64,000 nucleotides of DNA from Candidatus Latescibacterota bacterium (lineage in GTDB: Bacteria; Latescibacterota; UBA2968; UBA8231). The stretch is taken from positions 384,001 to 448,000 of the forward strand of contig OZ252098.1 in NCBI GenBank assembly GCA_965248355.1, in the 5' to 3' direction. The stretch's first letter is position 1; every line of letters begins with the position of its first letter. Shown one piece after another: positions 20,157 through 28,244 of the stretch. A model generated the notes under the pieces. That model was not told the origin of the DNA. It did not search any database and saw only the letters and a program-made list of their open reading frames with translations. The position numbers were made by a program, and so were the translations under genes.

Positions 20157-20735
20157 GTGTCCGAGGCCATCGGGATGATCGAGGTGGAGGGAGTGGCGGG
20201 CATCGTCGTCGGCGCCGACGCGGCCTGCAAGGCGGCCCAGGTCGAGCTCATGGGCTGGGAGTCGATCGGCGGTTTCACGACCCTCTTCCTGCGCGGCCCT
20301 CTCGGTGACGTGAGCGCCGCCCTTCGCGAAGGCGAAGCGGCGGCCGGGACCGTGACCGGCCACGTGGTCAGCGCCTGCCTGGATCAGCCGCAGCCCGAGT
20401 GCGCCGGCTTCGTCGGTTGTCCCCGGTCGCCGGGCGAGGTGGAGGCGGCCGCCCTGGGCCTGATCGAGACCCGGGGGTACGGCGTCCACGTGGAGGTGAA
20501 CGACGCCATGGTCAAGGCCGCCGGCGTGGCGGTGGCCAACGTGCTCACCGTGCACAACCGCGTCGTGTGCAGCCTGATCACCGGTCCCGTGGACGCCGTG
20601 GAGCAGGCCATCGGCCGCGGCCGGGAGCGGTTGGCCGGCGACGAGTGGTTCATGGCCTCGGCCGTGATCCCACAGCCCCTCCCGTCGGTGCTGAGCGCCT
20701 TCGTCCTCTTCCGTCCCACCGCCGGGACGAGCTGA
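20157..20735 (+). CDS. Divergent BMC shell protein with two tandem domains
   Basis: AIGMIEVEG...DAACKAAQV and ALGLIETRG...DAMVKAAGV...GPVDAVEQAI. GTG 20157 follows GGAGGAG. Confidence 0.88.
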   Translation: MSEAIGMIEVEGVAGIVVGADAACKAAQVELMGWESIGGFTTLFLRGPLGDVSAALREGEAAAGTVTGHVVSACLDQPQPECAGFVGCPRSPGEVEAAALGLIETRGYGVHVEVNDAMVKAAGVAVANVLTVHNRVVCSLITGPVDAVEQAIGRGRERLAGDEWFMASAVIPQPLPSVLSAFVLFRPTAGTS

Positions 20736-21886
20736 TGGAGCGCGCCCTGGGCATCCTGGAGGTCAGGGGCATGACGGCCCTGGCGGCGGCCCTCGACTCG
20801 ATGCACAAGGCGGCCTCCGTGCGGCTGGCCGGACGCCACGGGGTCGGCTCCGGCTGGTTGACGGCGATCGTCGAGGGCGCCACGGCGGACGCGCGCACCG
20901 CCCTCGACGCGGGTCGCGAGGCGGCCGCCGCCCACGGCGACGTGATCACCGCCGTCGTCGTTCCGGGAGCCGAGCCCGCGGCCCTCGAGCCGATGCCCCA
21001 CTCCGGCGTCTCCCTCGAGGCCGGGACCGGTCTCCAGGCCCTCGGCCTTCTCGAGACCCGGGGCCTCGTCCCCCTGGCCGCCGGCGCCGACGCCATGGTC
21101 AAGGCGGCCGACGTGGAGCTCCACGGCTGGTCCTTCATCGGCGGCGCCTTGATGCACGCCGCGGTCACCGGCTCCGTGGGGGCCGTGGAGGCCGCCGTGC
21201 AGGCCGGGGAGCGGTCCGCCCGGAGGGCGGGCGAGTTCCATGGCGCCCTGGTGCTTCCCCAACCGGAGCCCCAGGTGGGAGTCCTGCTGCCCTCCGGGCC
21301 GGCGGGAACTCCGCCGCCCGCCGGCGCCCTCGGGATCGTCGAGGCCACGGGGTACGTGGCCTCGGTGGCCGCCGGCGACGGCATGGTGAAGGGAGCACGC
21401 GTCGACCTGGCGCGGCTGACCATCGGCAGCGGGGGCCGGGTGGCGGCCGTCGCCACCGGAGCCCTGGACGAAGTCGGCGCCGCCGTCGCGGAGGGGGCCC
21501 GCCGGGTCGAGGAGACGGCGGAGCTCGAGGGGCAGGTGGTGATCAGCGGTCCCGACCCCCGAGTCCTGGCCTGCTTCGCCCAGGCCGCCGGGTCCCCCGG
21601 CGAGCGCCCTCTCGCGGGCCGGGCCATGGGCCTGGTGGAGACGCGCACCACCATCGGTCTCGCAAAGGCCCTCGACGAGATGCTCAAGAACGCCGACGTG
21701 ACCTACGAGGGCCGGTACAAGGCGGGCTACTTCCTCACGGCCTGTGTCGTGCGCGGAGAGACGGGGGCCGTCGACACCGCTCTCGACGTGGCGCGGCGCA
21801 CCGCCGGTCGCTACGGGGAGCTGGTGGCCGCCCGCGCCATCCCCTTACCCTATGACGAGATGGAGGTGCGCCTGCCTCACGGGTAG
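20735..21886 (+). CDS. BMC shell protein with four tandem domains (383 aa)
   Basis: Four units begin ALGILEVRG, ALGLLETRG, ALGIVEATG and AMGLVETRT, each with D-x-M-x-K. TGATG overlap with the upstream gene. Confidence 0.9.
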   Translation: MERALGILEVRGMTALAAALDSMHKAASVRLAGRHGVGSGWLTAIVEGATADARTALDAGREAAAAHGDVITAVVVPGAEPAALEPMPHSGVSLEAGTGLQALGLLETRGLVPLAAGADAMVKAADVELHGWSFIGGALMHAAVTGSVGAVEAAVQAGERSARRAGEFHGALVLPQPEPQVGVLLPSGPAGTPPPAGALGIVEATGYVASVAAGDGMVKGARVDLARLTIGSGGRVAAVATGALDEVGAAVAEGARRVEETAELEGQVVISGPDPRVLACFAQAAGSPGERPLAGRAMGLVETRTTIGLAKALDEMLKNADVTYEGRYKAGYFLTACVVRGETGAVDTALDVARRTAGRYGELVAARAIPLPYDEMEVRLPHG

Positions 21887-23098
21887 GTGTCCCAGGACAT
21901 GGTCCGTATCGACGATCCCGTAGTCACCGCCCAACTGCTCGAGGGCCGTCTCGGGCAGGACGACCGGCAGGTCGAGATCTCACCGCGTTCGACGGTCACC
22001 CCCTCCGCCAAGGATCTCCTGCGGGCCCGGGGGATCGAAGTCGTGCCGCCGTCGCAGGGCGCGTCCAGCCCCGCGCTCCCGCCCGCCGGCGTGCCCGCGC
22101 CTCCGGGAGGAACCGAGCGGAGCCGCCGGTTCAGCGGCATCTTCACGCCCAACATCGTGATCTACGACGAGCAGGGGCGGATCGCCTACGGCGAGATGGA
22201 GCGCTACATCGCGTGGCTCATCGACGCCGGCATCCACGGACTCTACCCGAACGGCAGCACGGGGGAGTTCGTGCGCCTCTCCAGCGAGGAACGGCGCGAC
22301 GTGGTGCGGCTCATCGCCGAGGTCAACCAGGGCCGGGTGCCGATCCTGGCCGGCGCCAGCGAGGCCAACATCCGCGACGTGCTGCAGATGGCCGAGTACT
22401 ACGCCGACCTCGGCGCCGACGCCATCTCCCTCGTGCCGCCCTACTACTACAAGATCTCCGACACGAGCCTGTACGAGTACTTCGCCGAGATCGCCCGCCA
22501 CTCCCCCCTCGACATCCTGCTCTACAACATCCCGCAGTTCACCCAGGAGCTGCCCCTGGACACGATGGAGCAGCTCCTCGCCTACGAACGCATCTTCGGC
22601 ACCAAGGATTCCAGCCGCGACCTGCCGCGCATCGTCAACACCATGGATCGCCTGCGCCGGCACCGGCCCGACTACGTCGTGCTCAACGGCTGCGAGGAGA
22701 TCCTGCTGCCGTCGATCGTCATGGGGGCCAACGGCGGCACCATCGCCACCTCCGGCATCGTTCCCGAGATCATCGTCGAGCTCTACGACCGCACCGTCGC
22801 CGGGGATCTCCAGCGGGCGAAGGAGCTTCAGTACCGTCTCCTGCCCCTGATCAACCTCATGCTGCTGGGGGTGAATTTCCCCGAGGGATTCAAGACCGGC
22901 GTGGCCGTGCGCGGCTTCGAGGTCGGTCCGCCGCGGACCGTGCTGAGCGCCGAGGAGCGCGACTACCTGCTGCGCCTGGAGTCCGAGATCGGCTGCGTCC
23001 TTGGCGACATGGGTTATTCCGTCCGCGGTGCCCGGGGTTGCCCGGTGACCCATCTGCCGCCCATCGTGGCCGGCCGGAAGCCCCCGCCCGGGGGCTGA
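21887..23098 (+). CDS. DHDPS/N-acetylneuraminate lyase family class I aldolase with extra N-terminal domain
   Basis: YPNGSTGEF, PPYYY, LYNIPQFT, GTKDSS (Schiff-base Lys); about 80-aa N-terminal extension. Confidence 0.88.
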   Translation: MSQDMVRIDDPVVTAQLLEGRLGQDDRQVEISPRSTVTPSAKDLLRARGIEVVPPSQGASSPALPPAGVPAPPGGTERSRRFSGIFTPNIVIYDEQGRIAYGEMERYIAWLIDAGIHGLYPNGSTGEFVRLSSEERRDVVRLIAEVNQGRVPILAGASEANIRDVLQMAEYYADLGADAISLVPPYYYKISDTSLYEYFAEIARHSPLDILLYNIPQFTQELPLDTMEQLLAYERIFGTKDSSRDLPRIVNTMDRLRRHRPDYVVLNGCEEILLPSIVMGANGGTIATSGIVPEIIVELYDRTVAGDLQRAKELQYRLLPLINLMLLGVNFPEGFKTGVAVRGFEVGPPRTVLSAEERDYLLRLESEIGCVLGDMGYSVRGARGCPVTHLPPIVAGRKPPPGG

Positions 23099-23120
23099 GG
23101 CCGCCCGGCAGGCCTCGATC

Positions 23121-24221
23121 GTGAGCGCCGGGGACCGCGCCCGGGTCCTGGTGGCCGGCGCCGGCATCGTCGGACGTTCCGTCGCCTACTACCTCTCCCG
23201 GTCGGGTGTCTCCGTGGTAGTCGCCGACCGGGATCCGTCGCCTTCCGCCACCACCCGGGCCTCCCTCGGCGTCCTCACCCGGCCCACCGGAGGGGAGGAT
23301 CCGTTCTCCTCCTTCCACCGGGACGGCCATGCCCTGCACGAGGAGCTGAGCGTCCGGCTGCGCGAGGAGACCGGCCGTGACGCGGGCTGGCGGCCCCTCG
23401 GAGGACTGGACCTGGCCTTCGGCGAGGAGGAGGCCGAGGGGCTACGCTCCCTCGTCGATGAGAGCCGGTCTCGTGGAGTCCGGGCCGAGTGGCTCGAGCC
23501 GCGCCAGGTGCGGGAGGCGGAGCCGGCCCTGTCGGAGGCCGTGTGCGGGGCTTCCTTCTACCCCCAGGACAGCCGCGTCGACCCGCCGAGCCTGGCGTCG
23601 GTGCTGCAACGGGCGGCCGAGGCCCGGGGCGCCGAGTTCCGCTTCCAGGCCACGGTGGCGGCTTTGCGTACCACGTCCGGAGGAGTGGAGTGCGATCTGC
23701 GCGACGGCGCCGGATCCCGGCGAGCCGTCTTCGATGCGGCCGTGATCGCCGCCGGATCCTGGTCGGGGGAGATCGCCGGTCCGGCGGCCGGGAGGCTGCA
23801 GGTGCGCCCGGTACGTGGCCAGAGCGGTCTGTTCTCCGGCGACCCCGTACACCACCTGGTGCGCTGGTCCGGGATGCACGTGCTGCCGGTCCCAGGGGGC
23901 CTCCTCGCAGGGGGAACGGTGGAGGAGGCCGGGTTCAGCGCCGGGACCACGCCAGCGGCGGGGCGGAAGCTGACCGCCTGGTGCGAGCGCGTCCTGGCCC
24001 GCAAGCCGATCCTGCGCCGGCAGCGCGCCGGGCTGCGTCCCAAGCCGCGGCAGGGCCGCCCCCTCGTCGGCCCCCTGCCCGGTGCCGCGAACCTGTGGGC
24101 GGCCACCGGGCACTACAGGAACGGCGTGCTGTTGGCTCCGATCACGGGCCAGGTCCTGGCCCGGTGGCTGACAGGGGGCGAGCCCGGCCGGGACATGTCC
24201 CGCTTTGCCGTCGATCGTTGA
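23121..24221 (+). CDS. FAD-dependent oxidoreductase (glycine oxidase ThiO/DadA-like)
   Basis: GAGIVG, AAGSWS, PVRGQ, AGLRP, ATGHYRNGVLLAPITG. Confidence 0.85.
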   Translation: MSAGDRARVLVAGAGIVGRSVAYYLSRSGVSVVVADRDPSPSATTRASLGVLTRPTGGEDPFSSFHRDGHALHEELSVRLREETGRDAGWRPLGGLDLAFGEEEAEGLRSLVDESRSRGVRAEWLEPRQVREAEPALSEAVCGASFYPQDSRVDPPSLASVLQRAAEARGAEFRFQATVAALRTTSGGVECDLRDGAGSRRAVFDAAVIAAGSWSGEIAGPAAGRLQVRPVRGQSGLFSGDPVHHLVRWSGMHVLPVPGGLLAGGTVEEAGFSAGTTPAAGRKLTAWCERVLARKPILRRQRAGLRPKPRQGRPLVGPLPGAANLWAATGHYRNGVLLAPITGQVLARWLTGGEPGRDMSRFAVDR

Positions 24222-24296
24222 CGGCCGTCGAGGGGCCTCCGTACTCTCTACGGCCTCTGCCGACCGTCGCCCTTACCCAACCGACCGGAGCCCTGC

Positions 24297-25238
24297 ATGC
24301 CCTACAGCACCGAAGATCTGCTCGACGCCCTGGACACGGTCATCTCGATCCCCATCGTCCCCTTCCGCGCAGGCCGGATCGACTACGAAGCCCACGGAAA
24401 GAACATCGACTACCTCCTGGGCACGAAGGCGCTGGAGGGGGACCGCGAGCGCGTGATCTCCATCGCCGGCACGAGCCTCGTGCACCATATCGATACGGAC
24501 GAGCAGCTGAACCTGATGGAGTACACGGCGGCCCGGGTGGCGGGCAGGGGCATCTTCATCTCCGGCGTGGCACCCAACCCCCTGGCCGACGCCGAGCGGC
24601 TGATCGCGGCCCAGTGCCGCCTGGCGAATCCGCCCGACGCCTTTCTGCTCATGCCGCTGACGGGGGTGGCCGATCCGCAGGGCATCTACCACGGGTACAT
24701 GGCCCTGGCGGAGAGGCTCGGAGGGGACCACGGCGCTCGCTTCCTCTACTACCTGCGACAGTCCAACCAGGCGCCGGCCGCCGTGCGGCTGGTGAACGAT
24801 TCGCCCCACTTTCTCGGGGTCAAGATCGGCACCCGCCCCGAGGACGTGAAGCCCATGGTGGAGGGCGTCCGGAAGGGCGCCGGCATCGTCATCTGGGGGA
24901 TCGGCGACCGCAGCACGGGACCGGCCCGGGAGGGCGCCAGAGGCCACACCTCGGGGATCAACGTGGTCTTCGCCAAGGCCTCCGACGAGATCAACAACGC
25001 CCAGCGCCGCGGAGACTACGAGCGCGCCGGGCAGGTCGAGGAGGAGCTGACGGCCCTGGAGGAGATCCGCTTCCGCGACGATCGCCGCTACAACTACTCC
25101 GCTGTGGTCGAGGCCATGCACCTGAGCGGGTTCGACGATATCGAGGGCGGCGAGGGCGGTCCCTTCAACCCGCGGGTGCCCTCCGAAGTGGCCGGCGAGG
25201 TGGAGGCCGCCATCCGGCCGATCCTGCACTACCACTGA
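24297..25238 (+). CDS. Divergent DHDPS-family TIM-barrel protein (possible keto-deoxy sugar acid aldolase/dehydratase)
   Basis: IPIVPF..GRIDY, FLYYLR, FLGVKIG, GARGHTSG; the usual GTTGE is replaced by AGTS. Confidence 0.7.
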   Translation: MPYSTEDLLDALDTVISIPIVPFRAGRIDYEAHGKNIDYLLGTKALEGDRERVISIAGTSLVHHIDTDEQLNLMEYTAARVAGRGIFISGVAPNPLADAERLIAAQCRLANPPDAFLLMPLTGVADPQGIYHGYMALAERLGGDHGARFLYYLRQSNQAPAAVRLVNDSPHFLGVKIGTRPEDVKPMVEGVRKGAGIVIWGIGDRSTGPAREGARGHTSGINVVFAKASDEINNAQRRGDYERAGQVEEELTALEEIRFRDDRRYNYSAVVEAMHLSGFDDIEGGEGGPFNPRVPSEVAGEVEAAIRPILHYH

Positions 25239-25266
25239 GCCCCGCCGCCCGGGGGGAGGAGGGTAC

Positions 25267-25566
25267 CTACCCCGGCCCTCGGAGCCGCTGGAGGTAGTCC
25301 TCCCATTCGAGGGGCAGCAGGTCCTTCTTGCGGGTGTTGCAGTCCTTGCAGCAGGGCACGACGTTGCCCCTCTCGCTGCAACCGCCGCGCACGATGGGCA
25401 CGACGTGGTCCATGGTGAGCTCTCGCGGCGGCGTCGGGCAGCCGCAGTAGTGGCACCTGCCGAGGCCGAGCCGGCGTTTCCACCACTGGCTGTCCCGGAG
25501 ATCCCGGGCCTTGCGCTTCTCCCGGACGATGTGCTCCTGGGAAGCCGGTGTGAACCAGGGTTCCAC
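25267..25566 (-). CDS. Small HNH endonuclease family protein
   Basis: CHYCG...LTMDHVVPIVRGG...NVVPCCKDCNTRKK. GTG start at 25566. Confidence 0.85.
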   Translation of the reverse strand: MEPWFTPASQEHIVREKRKARDLRDSQWWKRRLGLGRCHYCGCPTPPRELTMDHVVPIVRGGCSERGNVVPCCKDCNTRKKDLLPLEWEDYLQRLRGPG

Positions 25567-25580
25567 GAGGCGAGACTCGT

Positions 25581-26246
25581 CTACAGCACGTCCACGTAGA
25601 TCGCCTCGGCCACGTCGAGACCGATGTGCTGCTCTCCGGAGTGGCCCACGTCGAGGCGCAGGGGGCCGCGGAAGGGAGCCCGGTCCCGCACTCGGACCTC
25701 GGTGCCGAGGACGAGCCCGCTGCGGTCGAGGTATCGCAGAAGCTCCGGGTCGCGGTCGCTCACCTGCCGGATGCGTCCCCGCTGCCCCGTGCTCAACTCG
25801 GACAGCCGCGCGTAGTCGTGCTCGGCGATGACCCCGTCCTTGGTGGGGATCGGCTCGCCGTGGGCGCCCACCGTGGGGTGCCCCAGGGCCTTGTCGATGC
25901 GGTCCTCGAAGTCCTCCGAGATCACGTGTTCGAGGCGGTCGGCCTCGGCGTCGACCTGGTCCCACTCGTAGCCCAGAGCCTCGCGGAGATAGAGCTCGAG
26001 CAAGCGGTGATGGCGCACGATCTCCAGGGCGATCTTCTCACCCGAGGGGGTCAGCTCCACCCCCTGGTACGGATGGTGGTCGAGGAGCCGCATCTCGGCC
26101 AGTTTCTTGATCATGTTCGTGGCCGACGCCGCCGAGACGTGCAGGCGCCCGGCGATATGCGAAGTCGTCACCATACCGCCGGCTTCCCGGGCCCGCGAGA
26201 GCTTGAAGATCGCCTTCAGGTAGTCCTGTATCGCATCGCTGAGCAT
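25581..26246 (-). CDS. mntR: DtxR/MntR family metal-dependent repressor with C-terminal FeoA-like domain
   Basis: QDYLKAIF, SATNMIKKL, RHHRLLELYL, EADRLEHVIS, HGEPIP. Confidence 0.9.
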   Translation of the reverse strand: MLSDAIQDYLKAIFKLSRAREAGGMVTTSHIAGRLHVSAASATNMIKKLAEMRLLDHHPYQGVELTPSGEKIALEIVRHHRLLELYLREALGYEWDQVDAEADRLEHVISEDFEDRIDKALGHPTVGAHGEPIPTKDGVIAEHDYARLSELSTGQRGRIRQVSDRDPELLRYLDRSGLVLGTEVRVRDRAPFRGPLRLDVGHSGEQHIGLDVAEAIYVDVL

Positions 26247-26291
26247 CGTTCCTCCAACCTAATGAGCCCGTCCGTCCGTCCGCCAGCGGTC

Positions 26292-26320
26292 TTGACGGGC
26301 CACGGGGACCGAGGTATTCT
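26292..26320 (+). promoter_or_regulatory. sigma70 promoter of the DtxR-FeoA / split feoB operon
   Basis: TTGACG (26292-26297), 17-nt spacer, TATTCT (26315-26320). Confidence 0.75.
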
Positions 26321-26330
26321 ATCGGACAAT

Positions 26331-26344
26331 CTAGTCTCGCCTAA
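26331..26344. promoter_or_regulatory. Putative DtxR/MntR operator
   Basis: CTAGTCTCGCCTAA matches the palindrome TTAGGCTAGCCTAA at 11/14 and lies just downstream of the -10 box. Confidence 0.55.
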
Positions 26345-26355
26345 AAATAAAGTTA

Positions 26356-27417
26356 ATGCCCATGGATTCCTCCACTTTCCTCTATTGGGGAGCCGGCTTG
26401 GTGGCCGCTCTGGCCCTGCTCCTGTGGCCCGGGCGCGGTTGCCTGCGCCGATGGCGCCGGCTGGAGGGGCTGCGGGAGCGAATCCTGCTGGAGGACGGGC
26501 TCAAGCACCTCTACGACTGCGAGTACCAGGAGCGTACCGCCAGCGTCGAGAGCCTCGCAGGGGCCATCGAGGTCCCGAAGAGCCGCGCCGCAACCGTCCT
26601 CATCCGGCTGGAGTCCCTGGGGCTCGTCTCCACACTGGAGCACGGCATGGCCCTGACCGGCTATGGCCGGGACGAGGCCCTCCGGATCGTGCGTATCCAC
26701 CGACTCTGGGAACGCTACCTGGCCGAGCGCACCGGCGTCAGCCGGTCCCGCTGGCACGAGGAAGCGGAGCGCCGGGAGCACCACCTCTCGGCTGAGGAGA
26801 TGGAGAAGCTGTCCCGGGAGATGGGCCACCCGACCTACGATCCCCACGGCGATCCGATCCCCACGGCGGAAGGGGAGGTGCCCCCGCCCAGGACGGTCCG
26901 CCTGCCGGCCCTCGAGGAGGGCGAGCTGGCCCGGATCGAGCACGTCGAGGACGAGCCCGAGGAGGTCTACCGCCAGCTGACGGAAGCCGGCCTGCATCCG
27001 GGCACCCGGGTGCAGCTGGTGAGCGCCGGCGAAGAGGAGATCCGGCTGGTCGCCGACGGCCGGTCTCACAGCCTGCCGCCGGTGGTGGCCGGCAACGTCT
27101 TCGTGCACCCGGTGGACGGAGAGATGCCGGGGCCGTACGACAGCCTGGACGAGCTGGCCCGGGGAGAGCGGGCCCGCGTGGTGGGCATCTCGCCCGCCTG
27201 CCGGGGCCTGGAGCGCCGCCGGCTGCTGGACCTGGGCCTGCTGCCGGGGACCGAGGTCCGCGTCGAGATGGTGAGCCCCACCGGCGATCCGGTGGCCTAC
27301 CAGGTGCGCGGGGCGACGGTCGCTCTGCGGCGTCAGCAGGCCGGGCAGATCCAGGTCGAGCGCGACCTGCCGGAGGCGCCCCCGGCCGCCGCTCTGCAAG
27401 GAAAGGGATCGAGATGA
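26356..27417 (+). CDS. Fusion: N-terminal TM helix + DtxR-like domain + two FeoA domains
   Basis: [26 protein letters not shown]...[10 protein letters not shown]...HEEAERREH...[29 protein letters not shown]...[16 protein letters not shown]. Confidence 0.85.
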   Translation: MPMDSSTFLYWGAGLVAALALLLWPGRGCLRRWRRLEGLRERILLEDGLKHLYDCEYQERTASVESLAGAIEVPKSRAATVLIRLESLGLVSTLEHGMALTGYGRDEALRIVRIHRLWERYLAERTGVSRSRWHEEAERREHHLSAEEMEKLSREMGHPTYDPHGDPIPTAEGEVPPPRTVRLPALEEGELARIEHVEDEPEEVYRQLTEAGLHPGTRVQLVSAGEEEIRLVADGRSHSLPPVVAGNVFVHPVDGEMPGPYDSLDELARGERARVVGISPACRGLERRRLLDLGLLPGTEVRVEMVSPTGDPVAYQVRGATVALRRQQAGQIQVERDLPEAPPAAALQGKGSR

Positions 27418-28244
27418 CCGGCGAACCCACCGCCGCCAGCTCCTGCGAGGCTTGTCCGGCCCATCACGCCGCCAATCTGATCCGCCTCGGCGTGAACATG
27501 GCCAACTGGGACTTCGTGGTCGCCCTCGCGGGAAACCCGAACACCGGAAAGACCACGGTCTTCAACGCCCTGACGGGGTTGCGGCAGCACACCGGCAACT
27601 GGCCCGGCAAGACCGTGGTGCGCGCCGAAGGCGGCTTCGCCTATGCGGGGGCCCGCTACAAGCTGGTCGACCTGCCCGGAACATACTCCCTGCTCTCCAC
27701 CAGCGATGACGAGGAGGTGGCGCGGGACTTCCTCCTCTTCGGCAGTCCCGACGTGACCGTGATCGTCGTCGATGGGACCCTGCTGGAGCGCAATCTCAAC
27801 CTCGCGCTGCAGGTCCTCGAGATCACCGACCGCGCCGTCGTCTGTCTGAATCTGATGGACGAGGCCGAACGCCGGGGCATGGAGGTGGACGACCGGCGCC
27901 TGGCCCGTGACCTCGGCGTCCCGGTGGTGCCCGCCGTGGCGCGCCGGAGCCAGGGCATCCCGGAGCTGCTGCAGGCGGTGGCCGAGGTGGCCACGGGACG
28001 GGCCTCCTGCAAACCGCACCGGATCGAGCCGCCCCCGGGGTTGAAGGTTGCCGTGGAGGAGCTCATGGCCGAGGTGTCGGCCGCCTTTCCCGGGCTGCCC
28101 AATGCGCGCTGGGTGGCCCTGAGGCTGCTGGAAGGTGATCCGCGCATCGTCGAGGCCGTGCGCTCCGGAGAGATCGCCGATCTCGGGCGTCACCTGGCGA
28201 GGGCCGCCTCGGAGGCCGAACAGGCCCGGCTGGAGGTGAGCTGA
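27414..28244 (+). CDS. feoB: FeoB N-terminal GTPase domain (split FeoB)
   Basis: [29 protein letters not shown]; ends with no transmembrane region. Confidence 0.9.
   Translation: MTGEPTAASSCEACPAHHAANLIRLGVNMANWDFVVALAGNPNTGKTTVFNALTGLRQHTGNWPGKTVVRAEGGFAYAGARYKLVDLPGTYSLLSTSDDEEVARDFLLFGSPDVTVIVVDGTLLERNLNLALQVLEITDRAVVCLNLMDEAERRGMEVDDRRLARDLGVPVVPAVARRSQGIPELLQAVAEVATGRASCKPHRIEPPPGLKVAVEELMAEVSAAFPGLPNARWVALRLLEGDPRIVEAVRSGEIADLGRHLARAASEAEQARLEVS

Noticed and set aside
21887-23098. Annotation as lysine-pathway dapA
   Set aside because: It has an extra BMC-type N-terminal domain, YNIPQFT rather than YNVPxRT, and sits in a BMC operon.
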